A stretch of 64,000 nt of DNA, from positions 1-64,000 of the forward strand of contig MCFH01000083.1 of assembly GCA_002104945.1 (NCBI GenBank), read 5' to 3'. The DNA is from Piromyces finnis finn (lineage: Eukaryota > Fungi > Neocallimastigomycota). Shown here piece after piece: positions 39,401 through 51,500 of the stretch. Made by a program: the position numbers and the translations under genes. Numbering within the stretch: the stretch's first letter is position 1; the number at the start of each line of letters is the position of its first letter. The notes under the pieces are model-generated. The model saw only the letters and a list, made by a program, of their open reading frames with translations. It ran no database searches and was not told the origin of the DNA.

Positions 39401-40320
39401 TCGCTCCGCCAAAAAAAATCGAATACCAGGCGATTGAAATAATATAAAATAAAATTGTATAATAAAGTATAATTGAAATAAATTGAAGTAGTATATATTA
39501 AATATAAACCAATATATAGTTGTATGTGTAACATGAAATAAAATGGTAACTAAATAAAGAATATATTTAATATAATATGTTGAATATATTGCAATATATG
39601 AAATAAAATTAAAAAACATTTTCTTGTGTAACATTCAGTCAAATTCATAAAATTTTTGAAAGAAATGTTGAAATTTAAATTGATCATTGAGTGAAAAAAT
39701 TGAAATTCGTACGAAAAATTAAAATTTGAATAAGAAATATTATTCCTAGGATATTGAAGCACTTTTTATTTTTGAAAAATGTTAACATTTGCTAAAATAA
39801 TTGAAATTTCAAAAATTGATCAAATAAACTTTAATTAATATGATTTTGAAAAAAAAAATTTTTGAAATTTTTGAAAAATTTTTAATAATAAAAAATTTTT
39901 TCATTAAATACAAAAAAAATTTTGAACTAAACTTTTTGAAAAAATGTCACTGAAAAATATTGATTTTAATGATCGATCGAGATAGTGACAATATTGAAAT
40001 TGATACTATTGAATAGAGAATAAAATAAGCATTAACAACATATAAATATTTGTAATTGTACTGCTAAAATAAATTGAAAATTATTCTCTTTAAATATTTA
40101 ATTTTCATTATAAAAATTTTGTGTTTTAAATTAAATAAATTGATAAAATTGTTGGATCAAAAATTATTGAATTGAAATTTAACATTCATAGAAAAAAATT
40201 TTTGAAATTTGTGTTGAAATGTATTAGATGAGTAATACAAATTATAATAAAACATAATGTTAGTGAAAGATATTAATAAATTTTTAAAAAAATAAAATTG
40301 TTGAAATGCAATTTAAAGAA

Positions 40321-42613
40321 TTAGATTTTGTGTTTTCTAATACTTTTATTGAATTGAATTAATAATTCTTGATATCTTGGGTTACTTTCTATTACTGTAG
40401 CAGGAACCCAGTGCCAACTTAGGCGGTGTTTATAACGAATTTTATATTCGTAGCGTTTTTCTTTATAATTTGTCCTAAAGTCACCAATTTCTATAATTTC
40501 TGCATTAGTTTCTTTATATTTAAATCTATTTTTAAATTTATCTGGCGTAGATACATAAGGTTCAAGTTCCGATATGTGAAATACAGGGTGGTGTTTTGGA
40601 AAAGGTGATTTTGAAATATCTATTTTATAATTACCATTGTTTAAAACTTCTAAAACCTTGTAAGGACCATACTTACGAGGCGCTAGTTTGGCATTTTCAG
40701 TAGTAGCAAAAGCAGGAGGTGCATGAATCCAAACTTTTTGTCCTTCATTCAATTCAGGAGCAATAATTCTTTTCTTATCGGCAGCTCTTTTGTATAAATC
40801 TTGAGATCTAAGCAAAACATCTTTAACTAAAAGGAAATTTTTACTAACATCTTTAATGTATTTAAAGTTTGAATCAGAACCTTGAAACAAAAAGACATCA
40901 TCCATAGGTGGGTGGAATCCATAATTAATGAAAAATGGAGTTTGTTTTGTAGATTCATGAACTGTATTATTATAAACAAATTCAGCTAGATGTAACCATT
41001 CAATCCAGTCATCGTGGAAAAATGTTCTTGAATAGCAACGTAAATATTGTTCAATGAAAGAGTTACAACGTTCTACTTGACCAACGGTCTCATGGTGATC
41101 TGTGGTAGCTATTTTTGGCTTAACACGCAATTTTTCCATAATTTCTATCCATAAAGCACTAGTAAATTGTGTTCCTCTGTCCGTATAAATATCTGTAGGT
41201 AGTCCATGGAGTTTAAAAATATTTTTTAGGAAAGCTTTGGCAGTTTCTTCAGCTGTAGGTATTTCTTTGAACGGAATAAGGTGAATCATTTTTGAAAAGC
41301 GATCTACAACAACCATTATAACGGAAAACTTTTTTGATTCAGGGAGACCACAAAGAAAATCGATTTCAATAGATTTCCAAGGGCGATCAGGAATTTCTAA
41401 AGGTCTTAAAAGATCATATCTTTTATGTCTATTAACTTTATTTCTGGAACATTGTTCGCAAGAATTGACAAAATTTACGATATCTTGATGCATTTTGGGC
41501 CACCAAAAATTACGGTTAATTAGTTCTTCAGTTCTTCGAATACCTAAATGTCCAGCAGTAGCGTTATCATGGTACCTGGTTAAAATATCTACATGAAGTT
41601 TTTCTGGTACATAAATTAAATTATTATATAAAATTAAATTATTTTTTATTTTAAATTTTTCCATTTTTCTGAAAGGTCTGTAAAAGTAACCTTGATTAGC
41701 ATTATTAGGACTAAAGTAAAGATAAATATTATTCGCATTTTCATCATCCTTATAATTTTCTATTATTTGATCAATGAGAGAACCAACAATACCAACAAAA
41801 CATGGAGTATCGGGAACGTTTTTATAATCTAATATATGTTCTGGTTTAGGTTCAACATTATTTTTCTCGTAATCAGGTCTTCTTGATAAACTATCAGGTT
41901 TACCATTTTTTCTCCCTTGGCGGTATATTAATTGAAAATTATATTCTTGGAAAAATAAATGCCAACGATGTTGACGTTGGTTTCCGACTTTACCACCTAA
42001 GGTGTATAGAAGGTTTTTATGGTCAGTAAAAACGGTTACTTGGTATTTAGCACCTAGTAATAAATGTCTCCAGGTAGAAAATGCACATTTTATAGCTAAA
42101 AGTTCCTTTTCAGTAATTGAATAATTTAATTCAGCATTGTTTAAACATCTTGAATAATATGCTACAGGATGTAATTTGTTATCTTCATCCTTTTGAGAAA
42201 GTATACAACCAATGGCAAAATTACTAGCATCGCATTCGACAATAAATGGTTTGGTTGGATCTGGATGTAATAAAATAGGTGAAGAGATTAGTCTCTTTTT
42301 TAATTCTAAAAATGAGTTATTACATTTATCATTCCAATTAAAACTAGTATTTTTCTTTGTTAAATTGTGAAGCGGTTTAGCAATAGTAGCAAAATCTTTT
42401 ATAAATCTTCTATAATAGTTGCATAATCCAACAAAGCGTTGAACATCTTTTACACAATTAGGTGTAGGCCATTCTTGGACAGATTTAATTTTCTTTGGAT
42501 CAGTAGATATACCATTGCCTGATATAACGTGTCCTAAAAATTCAACTTCTGGCTTGTGAAATTCACATTTCTTTAATTTAGCAAATAAATTATTTTTGAG
42601 TAATGTTTGGAGA
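40321..42613 (-). CDS. Element A pol, C-terminal part: RT end, RNase H, integrase, divergent chromodomain
   Basis: ECDASNFAIG, TDHKNL, HDNATAGH..C..C, IEIDF/TDRGTQF/GQVER and YEYKIRYKH..W.PA motifs. The MSALH start in the ORF track comes from the B LTR. Confidence 0.9.
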
Positions 42614-43218
42614 TGTAATGCTGACACAGAAAGAATAGATTAGGATATCTATTCTATTACAATAACACAAAATTTAAAATAAAATAAAAAATTGTTTTAT
42701 TAAAAATATCTTTTATTATAATAGAAATTTTATTAATAACAATTACATCGATAAAATGATGAAAAATATCTTCTATTTATATTTTTCCTAAATACATTTA
42801 TATTATATTATAACTATTTATTTCTTATATATTATTATTTAAAATCTACACTAAAATCTTAATTATTAATAAATATTTAAACTATAACTATTTTTAGTAA
42901 AATACAATTGGCAATTCAAATTAAGTACTATTTAATTTGAATATGTGCCCATGTATTATTGATATATTAATCATTTATTATTTATCTATTTCTATAAAAA
43001 AAACAATACTAAAACTAGGGATTTAAATTGAGAATATTAATTTACTTGTTAAACATTAAAAATAAATTAATAATTTATTTTGTTTTAAACTTTAATTATT
43101 AATAAATAAATTATGTCTCATTTTCTTTTTCTGAATATAATTTGTGTAACTTAAACAATAATACTTGTGGCTTAAGTTACATTAAAGATATCAAACAGAG
43201 GCGTTTGATGTCTTTACA
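42614..43218 (-). repeat. B-1 3' LTR (605 bp)
   Basis: Reverse complement of 61182-61786; PPT AGAGAGAGAGA lies just upstream on the minus strand. Confidence 0.95.
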
Positions 43219-43254
43219 ATCTCTCTCTCTAAGTCGAGCTCCTGCGAGATTAAT

Positions 43255-46200
43255 TTATAAGGAATCTTTTCTCGAAGGAATTTCAATTACAAATGGTTGG
43301 TATCTGTGCTTGATTAGATTACCACCTTTATTCTTTCTTATTCTCATGGAGGAGTCATTCAACTTATGTTTTGACTTTTTAGAGTTTCTTTCGAACTCTT
43401 GTATTAATTGTTTGTCCGGGATCTGATCTTCAGAAACCCAAGTGGATTTGTCAAATCCTTTCCACGATAACTTATAAAATGTCTCACCATTAACAGATTT
43501 CATCTTCTCAATTTTTTCTGGAATTTTTTCAATTAAATCTGTGCTAAGATGAATATTTCTTTTCCTACTATTAGACCTATCTATAAACTCGTTTTCAAAG
43601 TATGGTTCTAACAATGAGACATGAAAGACTGGATGACATCTCATTGTCTTTGGGAGTTTCAATTTAAAAGCGAGAGAACTAACTTTTTCAATTATTTCAA
43701 ATGGACCAAGCATTTGAGGTGCTAATTTCTTCTTCAAGTTAGTTCTCGGAGAATCTTTCAATAACCATACCTTCTTTCCCACTTCAAATTCCGGGGGACT
43801 CATTCTTTTCATATCGGCATATTTCTTATATGTTTCTTTTGCTTTTTCTAAGTTTCCTTTTAATAATTTAAAGTTTTCACTCATATCAATTACTCTTTGT
43901 TCAGCTCTACTAGGTCTATCATTAGCCGGGATTTCCAAGCTGAACTTTGGATGAAAACCATAATTAGCAAAGAATGGGGATTGATTTATAGATTGCTGTA
44001 AAGTATTATTATAAGCAAATTCAGCAAACGGGATAAGATCAACCCAGTTATTCTGCTTTTTATTGATAAAACAACGGAAATATTGTTCTAATATGCCGTT
44101 CACCCTCTCCGTTTGACCATCTGTCTGCGGATGGTTAGCAGTTGACAATGAATGATTGATATTAAGAAGGTCACAAAGTCTTGACCAGAAATCAGAAGTA
44201 AATTGCGAGCCTCTATCAGAAATAATGGAATTAGGAAGACCATGCAAACGGAAGACATTGGCAATAAAAGCATCAGCAGCAATTGAAGCAGTAGGAAGAC
44301 AACGTAAAGGAATGGCGTGAGCAAATTTAGTAAATCTATCGACAACAACCATGAGAGTTGTCATATCTCTGGACTTAGGAAGATCAACAATAAAATCAAT
44401 AGAAATATCAGACCAGGGCCTACTGGGAGTGTCCAAAGGGGATAACAATCCATAAGGCTTATGTCTGGGGACTTTGGATTTGCAACAAGTCACGCAAGAT
44501 TTGATAAAAGATTTAACGTCTGAATGAAACCTTGGCCACCAAAAGTTTCTGGAAATCAGTTCAGTGGTTTTCTTAATACCGAAATGACCAGCAGCAACAG
44601 AATCATGATGAAGTTCCAAAACTCTTGTCCTAAGAGATTTAGGAACATAAATAAGATTATTATATAACAAAAATCCCTCGTTATCAATAATAACTTTATC
44701 AATATTTTTAATAGGTGCATTACATGCAGAACCATTCATTTTAAATTGGACAATAGAATTATACAAATCGTCATTTTTAAGTTCTAATAAAATAGAATCG
44801 ATTAACGGTTTGTTATCGCTATGATGAAACGAAATAGTAAGACAAGAAACATCAGAGTTAATAACATTCACTAAATGATCACTTCTACGAGACAGAATGT
44901 CAGGCTTACCAGATTTCTTACCAGCTCTATAAATGAGTTTAAAGTCAAATCTGGATAAGAACAAATTCCATCTAATTTGTCTCTGAGATAACATTTCAGG
45001 TTTTCTAGGAAATGTTAAGTTCTTGTGATCGGTATAAATTATGAACTGATGGCGTGCACCCTCTAAGTAATGACGCCATTCTTCAAGTGCAACTATAATG
45101 GCTAACAGTTCCTTGTCATATATAGGATAGTTTCTTTGACAACTCGTCAAACGTTTAGAAAGAAATGCAATGGGATGTAATTTGCCGTCAAACTCTTGAG
45201 AGAGAATAGCACCGACAGCATAATTACTAGCATCAGTTTCAACAATAAATTGTTTATTACTATCCGCATGTTTCAGAATAGGAGCTGACGTGAACAGAGA
45301 TTTTAATAAAATAAAAGCGTCCTGATCTTCTTTCACCCAGTTAAAAGCAACATTCTTTCTAGTGAGTTTGTGAAGAGGGTTTGCAATTTTAGCAAAGTCT
45401 TTAATAAAAATTCTGTAATAGTTGCATAAACCAATAAAAGACTGAACCTCTTTAACATTCTTGGGAACCGGCCAATCAAGAATTGTTTTAACTTTATTCT
45501 CATCCATTTGCAATCCATCCTTTGAAATGACATAACCAAGAAAAGTGGTTTTCTCAACATCAAACTCACATTTTTCTAATTTAACATAAAGATTATTTTC
45601 AAGTAGTTTCTTAAGTACCTTTTTAACATGCTCATGATGTTCTTCGATATTATTAGAATAAATAAGAATATCATCAATATATGAGATAACAAAATCGTCT
45701 AAATAGTCACTAAGGACATCGTTAATGAAGTGTTGAAAAGTTGCAGGTGCATTCTTTAATCCAAAAGGCATAACCAGATATTCAAAATGACCATACCTAG
45801 TACGAAAAGCCGTTTTGTATTCGTCACCTTCTTTAATACGAACAAGATTATAAGCGGATTTAAGGTCTAATTTGGTAAAAATCTTAGCATTTTTCACCCT
45901 ATCCAAAAGGTCACTTATTAAAGGTAAAGGATATGAATTACGAATTGTAATATTATTCAACCTTCTATAATCAATACAAAGTCTTAAGGAACCGTCCTTC
46001 TTTTTAACAAACAAAATTGGGGCACCAGCAGGAGACGATGATTTCCTAATAAAACCTTTATTTAAATTTTCATCTATATACTTTTTAAGTTCCTCTCTTT
46101 CAACTTCAGTTAATGGATACAAGGGTCCATAAAATAAAGTTGAATCATCCTTAAGTTTGATTTCACAATCATAAGGTCTATGAGGAGGTAACACTTCACA

Positions 46201-47844
46201 ATTTTTTTCGTTAAACACTTCACTAAATTCTAAATATTGGGTTGGTACGGCGACCAATTTATCTTTATTAATATTCTTTTCATTATTATTATTACTACAT
46301 GATTCATTATCATTATTACATGTTTCATTAATTTTCGTTACAATACATTTAACTTTTTTATTAAAACTAATATATTCATCATCGCTGTCATCTTCATCAT
46401 TAATGGTTCTAACAAGGCGGCCTTTAACATATTCTTTTTCTTCATGGTTTGGGACGGAGGGATCTACTTTCGGTTTTTTGGTTAAGCTTCGGTCGAGAAC
46501 ATCATGATCTAATTGATCATTCTTGGACTTCTTTCTTGGTTTTCTTTTTCTTTTACCTTTGTTACAGTGTCTGGCACAATAACCAGAACTAAAAGCGATT
46601 TTCTTAGAGTCGTAGAAAGCATTTGGATTATGCTTCTTTATCCACGGCAAACCAAGAATAACATCAACACCGGGGACTTGTAATCCATAAAGTTGAATTA
46701 CTTCGAAGTGATTTTTGCAACGGAGCATGCACTTCTCAGTCCTTTCCCAAACACTAACAACTCCATCACTAACACCTGAAACACGGAATGGTTCCACTTT
46801 TTCCAAATTAATACCAAGTTCTTCAGCAAGACTTGGATTAATGAAATTTAATTCAGAACCGGAATCAATTAAAACCTTAATCTTAACTTCCGAAACTTCA
46901 TTGGTACTCAAGTAAAAGTCCACAAGGTTTAAATCACTTTTCACTCCCTTGACTCCAACTTTGTAAATTTTTGGATTAACAATTTTTGGAGTCCTTTCTT
47001 TCACAATTCTTAACACTTTTCTGGGCTTTACTCTATTAGGACAATTAAATTTTAAATGTCCTGGTTGTTTACAAAGAAAACATAACCCCTTTTTCTTTTC
47101 TTCTTCAAAGTTGTCTATGTTTTCATTGTAATTTTTACTTGATCCTTGGATATTCACATACCTTTTGCGTTTATTTTCTCTACTAATTCTAAATACATCC
47201 ACATCCATAGGATCGTTAGCCCTTCTACCATTAAAATAAAATTCACTTAGAGAATTCCTTTTCATCATATCTTCAACTAAAATAGTTGAAGAAATCAATT
47301 GTTCAATTGAAGTTGGGTTTGATTCAATGAAAGCCAACTTCTCCCTAAGTGGTGGTAATAAACCTTTCAGAAACATGTAGATTTTTGCGCTGTCATTAAA
47401 GCTTGAATTTTGGCTAATACGTTGAAACTCGGTAATGTAATCTAATACCTGACCAAGTTTCCTTTGGCGAAGATTATCTAATTTACCGTTAGCTACAACG
47501 GTATCGTATCTATAACTGCCAAAATTAGCCTTCAACCTATCTACAAATTCATCATAATGGTTTAAAACCCCACTATTATTCTTCATCAACACTGAAGCCC
47601 ATTCCAAAGGTTTACCAGAGAAGTATGATATAACGAAGTCGACCTTGACTCGATCTGTATTATACAGTGTCGGTCGAGTACGAAATACCAACTCAACTCT
47701 GGTTAAAAATCCATCCAATTCTCTTTGTTTACCAGAAAATATCGGTGGAGCATTAATAATGTTCCCCGAATTCCCAGAAACACCCACAGTCCTATCACCC
47801 ATCTCTAAATTTAAATTTTCAAACTCACTAATTAAGTCCTCCAA
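43255..47844 (-). CDS. B-1 single-ORF gag-pol polyprotein with chromodomain
   Basis: DPMDVD, CFLCKQPGHLKFNC, LIDSGS, YIDD, ETDAS, HH..CC/DDE integrase and FYKLSWKGFDKSTW chromodomain; same translation as 56556-61145. Confidence 0.95.
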   Translation of the reverse strand: MEDLISEFENLNLEMGDRTVGVSGNSGNIINAPPIFSGKQRELDGFLTRVELVFRTRPTLYNTDRVKVDFVISYFSGKPLEWASVLMKNNSGVLNHYDEFVDRLKANFGSYRYDTVVANGKLDNLRQRKLGQVLDYITEFQRISQNSSFNDSAKIYMFLKGLLPPLREKLAFIESNPTSIEQLISSTILVEDMMKRNSLSEFYFNGRRANDPMDVDVFRISRENKRKRYVNIQGSSKNYNENIDNFEEEKKKGLCFLCKQPGHLKFNCPNRVKPRKVLRIVKERTPKIVNPKIYKVGVKGVKSDLNLVDFYLSTNEVSEVKIKVLIDSGSELNFINPSLAEELGINLEKVEPFRVSGVSDGVVSVWERTEKCMLRCKNHFEVIQLYGLQVPGVDVILGLPWIKKHNPNAFYDSKKIAFSSGYCARHCNKGKRKRKPRKKSKNDQLDHDVLDRSLTKKPKVDPSVPNHEEKEYVKGRLVRTINDEDDSDDEYISFNKKVKCIVTKINETCNNDNESCSNNNNEKNINKDKLVAVPTQYLEFSEVFNEKNCEVLPPHRPYDCEIKLKDDSTLFYGPLYPLTEVEREELKKYIDENLNKGFIRKSSSPAGAPILFVKKKDGSLRLCIDYRRLNNITIRNSYPLPLISDLLDRVKNAKIFTKLDLKSAYNLVRIKEGDEYKTAFRTRYGHFEYLVMPFGLKNAPATFQHFINDVLSDYLDDFVISYIDDILIYSNNIEEHHEHVKKVLKKLLENNLYVKLEKCEFDVEKTTFLGYVISKDGLQMDENKVKTILDWPVPKNVKEVQSFIGLCNYYRIFIKDFAKIANPLHKLTRKNVAFNWVKEDQDAFILLKSLFTSAPILKHADSNKQFIVETDASNYAVGAILSQEFDGKLHPIAFLSKRLTSCQRNYPIYDKELLAIIVALEEWRHYLEGARHQFIIYTDHKNLTFPRKPEMLSQRQIRWNLFLSRFDFKLIYRAGKKSGKPDILSRRSDHLVNVINSDVSCLTISFHHSDNKPLIDSILLELKNDDLYNSIVQFKMNGSACNAPIKNIDKVIIDNEGFLLYNNLIYVPKSLRTRVLELHHDSVAAGHFGIKKTTELISRNFWWPRFHSDVKSFIKSCVTCCKSKVPRHKPYGLLSPLDTPSRPWSDISIDFIVDLPKSRDMTTLMVVVDRFTKFAHAIPLRCLPTASIAADAFIANVFRLHGLPNSIISDRGSQFTSDFWSRLCDLLNINHSLSTANHPQTDGQTERVNGILEQYFRCFINKKQNNWVDLIPFAEFAYNNTLQQSINQSPFFANYGFHPKFSLEIPANDRPSRAEQRVIDMSENFKLLKGNLEKAKETYKKYADMKRMSPPEFEVGKKVWLLKDSPRTNLKKKLAPQMLGPFEIIEKVSSLAFKLKLPKTMRCHPVFHVSLLEPYFENEFIDRSNSRKRNIHLSTDLIEKIPEKIEKMKSVNGETFYKLSWKGFDKSTWVSEDQIPDKQLIQEFERNSKKSKHKLNDSSMRIRKNKGGNLIKHRYQPFVIEIPSRKDSL

Positions 47845-47900
47845 CGTTAAATATAAAACAAAATATAAAAAATGTTTTCTTACTACTGTTTCAAGTAAGT

Positions 47901-47951
<51 letters not shown>

Positions 47952-48061
47952 AAACTATTTCTACAAAAACGATGTTAGTTAATACAAAAGTTATTCAAAC
48001 TCGATCTGTTATACAGTGTCGAACAAGTTTTGTATTATATAATAATAATATTAATCAGAGT

Positions 48062-48102
<41 letters not shown>

Positions 48103-48110
48103 CTTCTGCT

Positions 48111-48247
48111 AGGGTAGCAACAAAGTTTCTTCAATACTCTCTTGAACCAAGGTAGCAACAAAGTTTCTTCAATAATCTCTTGAACCAAGGTAGCAACAAA
48201 ATTTCTTCAATAATCTCTTGAACCAAGGTAGCAACAAAGTTTCTTCG
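48111..48247 (-). repeat. 38-bp leader tandem repeat of B-1 (3 full units + partial)
   Basis: Unit is GAAGAAACTTTGTTGCTACCTTGGTTCAAGAGA(T/G)TATT on the minus strand. Confidence 0.9.
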
Positions 48248-48635
48248 GGCGGTAGATATCCTAACGTACTCTTGAAGTAGTTAGGTAATTGTTATTGTAA
48301 TGCTGACACAGAAAGAATAGATTAGGATATCTATTCTATTACAATAACACAAAATTTAAAATAAAATAAAAAATTGTTTTATTAAAAATATCTTTTATTA
48401 TAATAGAAATTTTATTAATAACAATTACATCGATAAAATGATGAAAAATATCTTCTATTTATATTTTTCCTAAATACATTTATATTATATTATAACTATT
48501 TATTTCTTATATATTATTATTTAAAATCTACACTAAAATCTTAATTATTAATAAATATTTAAACTATAACTATTTTTAGTAAAATACAATTGGCAATTCA
48601 AATTAAGTACTATTTAATTTGAATATGTGCCCATG

Positions 48636-49423
48636 TGTAAAGATATAATATATATCTTTAGATTATTTAATAATTAATTATTAATTATTAAATAATAAAT
48701 TAATATTTAGTAAAACTGATTATAAAATTTTTGAGTAAATTTTATGGAATAATTTAATAATAAATTATTTTATAATAATTCCGTTAAATTTAAATTAAGA
48801 TAAATATTTAAGTTTAAGGAATAAAAGAATTTTAATTAAATTTAAATATTTCAAATATTTTAAATAATTAAAATATTTTTCAAATACTTTTTATTTAGTT
48901 TTAGAATAGATTATACTTTTTTATTTAAATTTAGAATAGTTTAATAATTTTAACTTAGTTTTAAAAATAGATTTATTTATATTTCAATAGGAAATATATT
49001 AAGAATAGTATTGATAATATTAAATTAATTTATAGAAAATACATGGGCTTTATTCAATTTTGAGTTTACTCAAATTGAATTAAAAGTATAATGAATTAGT
49101 TTAGTTTAGTTCTGTTATTTTATTATTTAATTAAATTAGTTTTGTTTATTTTATATTAAATATATGTTTATTTAAATAGAATAATATATTAGAATATAAT
49201 TATGAAAAAATATAAATACATGTAATTTTTATTTGTTAAATCGATGTAATTGTTATTTTCAATTTTTTAATTATTAACTATTATATAGTTAATAATCTTT
49301 TTAAGAGTTTTAAATAAAATGATTTTTAAAATAAAAATTTAATGTTTTATTTTTTTATTTTTGTGTTAATAAAAATTGTTTTGTTTTAAGTATGAAATCT
49401 GTTTTAAATTTTATACTTTTACA
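48636..49423 (+). repeat. Element C 5' LTR (788 bp)
   Basis: Direct repeat of 54190-54977; contains the self-primer GTAATTGTTAT at 49246-49256. Confidence 0.93.
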
Positions 49424-49434
49424 ATAACAATTAC
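49424..49434 (+). promoter_or_regulatory. Element C self-priming PBS ATAACAATTAC
   Basis: Exact complement of 49246-49256 in its own LTR; same 11-mer as in B and B'. Confidence 0.8.
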
Positions 49435-49970
49435 CTTTTCTTATTAAAAAACACGTTTTATATTTAATAATAAAACAATTTTTATTTTCTGAAGTTACAA
49501 CATTGGGAATTGCTACCGTAGAAAATTTGGAACTTTTCGGAAATTTTTTCTCTTCGGAAATTTTTTTGTCTACTTGAGAAGCCTACCTTGTGGAACTATT
49601 TATGGTGTAACTTCTGTCAGTGTAACATCAATTTTGTGTTACCCTACTTTGTGAAATTCTAAATAAATTTTGTGAATACTACCTTGTGAAACCCTACTTT
49701 GTGGAACTATAATTGTGGAATTTTTACTTGTGGAACACTACCTTGTGAAATCCTCCCTTCGTGGAATTCTTTTGAACGAATCTCGTGGAACTTTGCTTGT
49801 GGAACATCTTTACTTTGTGAAACTTTCTTTTATATATTAGAATTGGAATGAGTGTAACTCTACTTTGTGAAACAATGAAATCTTTATATATAAAATCTAT
49901 CTGTAATACTAATAGAAATATATTTATGAAATACTCTTGTTTTTAAATTGATGAAACTCTTTTAAAATTA

Positions 49971-51500
49971 AATTTAATTATAATATACTATAAAAAGAAC
50001 TCGCTCGACACCGTTTGATAGGATAGAGTCTGAGCGACATCTTTTATACATAGTATATTATAAATTAAATTGGATATATACAATTAAAAGAGTAAATTAA
50101 ATCAAAAAATTAATTGCAAAGTAAGAAAATTAAAACTTATTTAAAAAGGAAGAAAATTAAGAAAAAGTTAATAAAATTTTAAAATTATTTAAATATATTG
50201 AGAAATAAGTGAATTAGTATGTTGATTTCACTTATTTGAATGAATTATTAATTGTTATTTTGAAATGAACTTATTATATACTTAAAAGACCTCGCTCGAC
50301 ACCGTTTGATAGGATAGAGTCTGAGCGACATCTTTTAAACATGGTATATAATAATTATAGAATTATTTAAAATATATTGTATGAAAATTAAAATTTTGAT
50401 ATTTATTAATTAAAATGAATTTGAGAAATAAGTGAATTAAAATGTAAATATCACTTATTGGAAAAAGTTATTTTATTGAAATATATTTATTATATATTAT
50501 AAAAGACCTCGCTCGACACCTTTTGATAGGATAGAGTCTGAGCGACATCTTTTAGACGTAGTATATAATAATTTTAGATTTATTTAAAATACATTGAGAA
50601 ATATGAAAATTAAAATTTTGATATTTATTAATTAAAAGTAGTTGAGGAATAAGTTATCTTATTGAAATAAATTTATTATATACTATAAAAGACCTCGCTC
50701 GACACCTTTTGATAGGATAGAGTCTGAGCGACATCTTTAGATATTGTATATAATAAATTAAATTGAATATATAATTAAAACAAATTAAAATTTGATTATA
50801 TAATAAGTAAATTTGAAATGAATTTATTATATACTTAAAAGACCTCGCTCGACACCTTTTGATAGGATAGAGTCTGAGCGACATCTTTTAGATATAGTAT
50901 ATAATAAATTAAAATTAAGAAATGAATTAAAATTTTACAATAAAAGTAAAAGTAATAAATGTGTAAAGTTAGTTAAATAAATAAATTATTCTTTATTATA
51001 ATAAGATTTCGATGACACCTTTTTAGAGGACAGAGTCAGATCGACATCTTTTTGGGAAATAGTATATAATAAATTAAATTGAAAATACTATAAATTAATT
51101 TAACTTGAAAATTTGAAATATATAATTTAATTTAATGAAGTTAGAAAATGATTTGATATTTAAAATTACTTTTAAAATAATTTAATTTTATACTAAATAA
51201 ATAATTCGATGACACCTTTTCTTTAAAGGATAGAGTCAGGTCGACTTCTTTAATATGAAGATACAATATAAATTCGATTAACTAACTAAATAAATAAAAT
51301 ATATTCAAGGATTATATATTATTAATTAAATTAGATAAATACAATTAAGAAGTTTATTAAATAATATATTAAAATATTATGAAGTAATACGAAAACGAGC
51401 TTAAAAAAAAAATAATTTAATTTCATTGTAATAACATGTTTTATACTTTATAAAGAATTCGCTGACACCAGTTGATAGGATGGAGTTGACTTCTTTTATA
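49971..51500 (+). repeat. Array of 8 structured hairpin units in element C (candidate cis-acting RNA element)
   Basis: Cores start near 49993, 50284, 50501, 50687, 50837, 51003, 51206 and 51452. Consensus of units 1-5 is AAAAGA(C/A)CTCGCTCGACACC(G/T)TTTGATAGGATAGAGTCTGAGCGACATCTTT; units 6-8 diverge but largely keep the pairing. Confidence 0.92.

Noticed and set aside
43142-43426. Recurrent [12 protein letters not shown] ORFs (also 55243-55461, 60974-61258, 63065-63340)
   Set aside because: These are chance frames starting inside the B LTR and reading into whatever flanks it. Only the element A portions are real coding sequence.
50654-50884. 76-aa ORF with repeated MSLRLYPIKRCRARSF
   Set aside because: It is an antisense translation of two array units. 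The frame is not kept in the other units, and variation preserves base pairing rather than codons.
49971-51500. CRISPR array interpretation of the 8 palindromic repeats
   Set aside because: Repeats are ~53 nt and the linkers are ~100-240 nt, AT-rich and partly homologous to each other. There are no cas genes, the context is a eukaryotic LTR element, and the repeat is explained by a hairpin in element B.
49971-51500. Known self-cleaving ribozyme (retrozyme hammerhead, hairpin, twister, HDV-like) or box C/D snoRNA
   Set aside because: The units lack the CUGANGA/GAAA hammerhead core, the hairpin loop A/B consensus and a box C (RUGAUGA) on either strand. The 1x5 loop resembles only half a kink-turn. 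A novel activity is not excluded.
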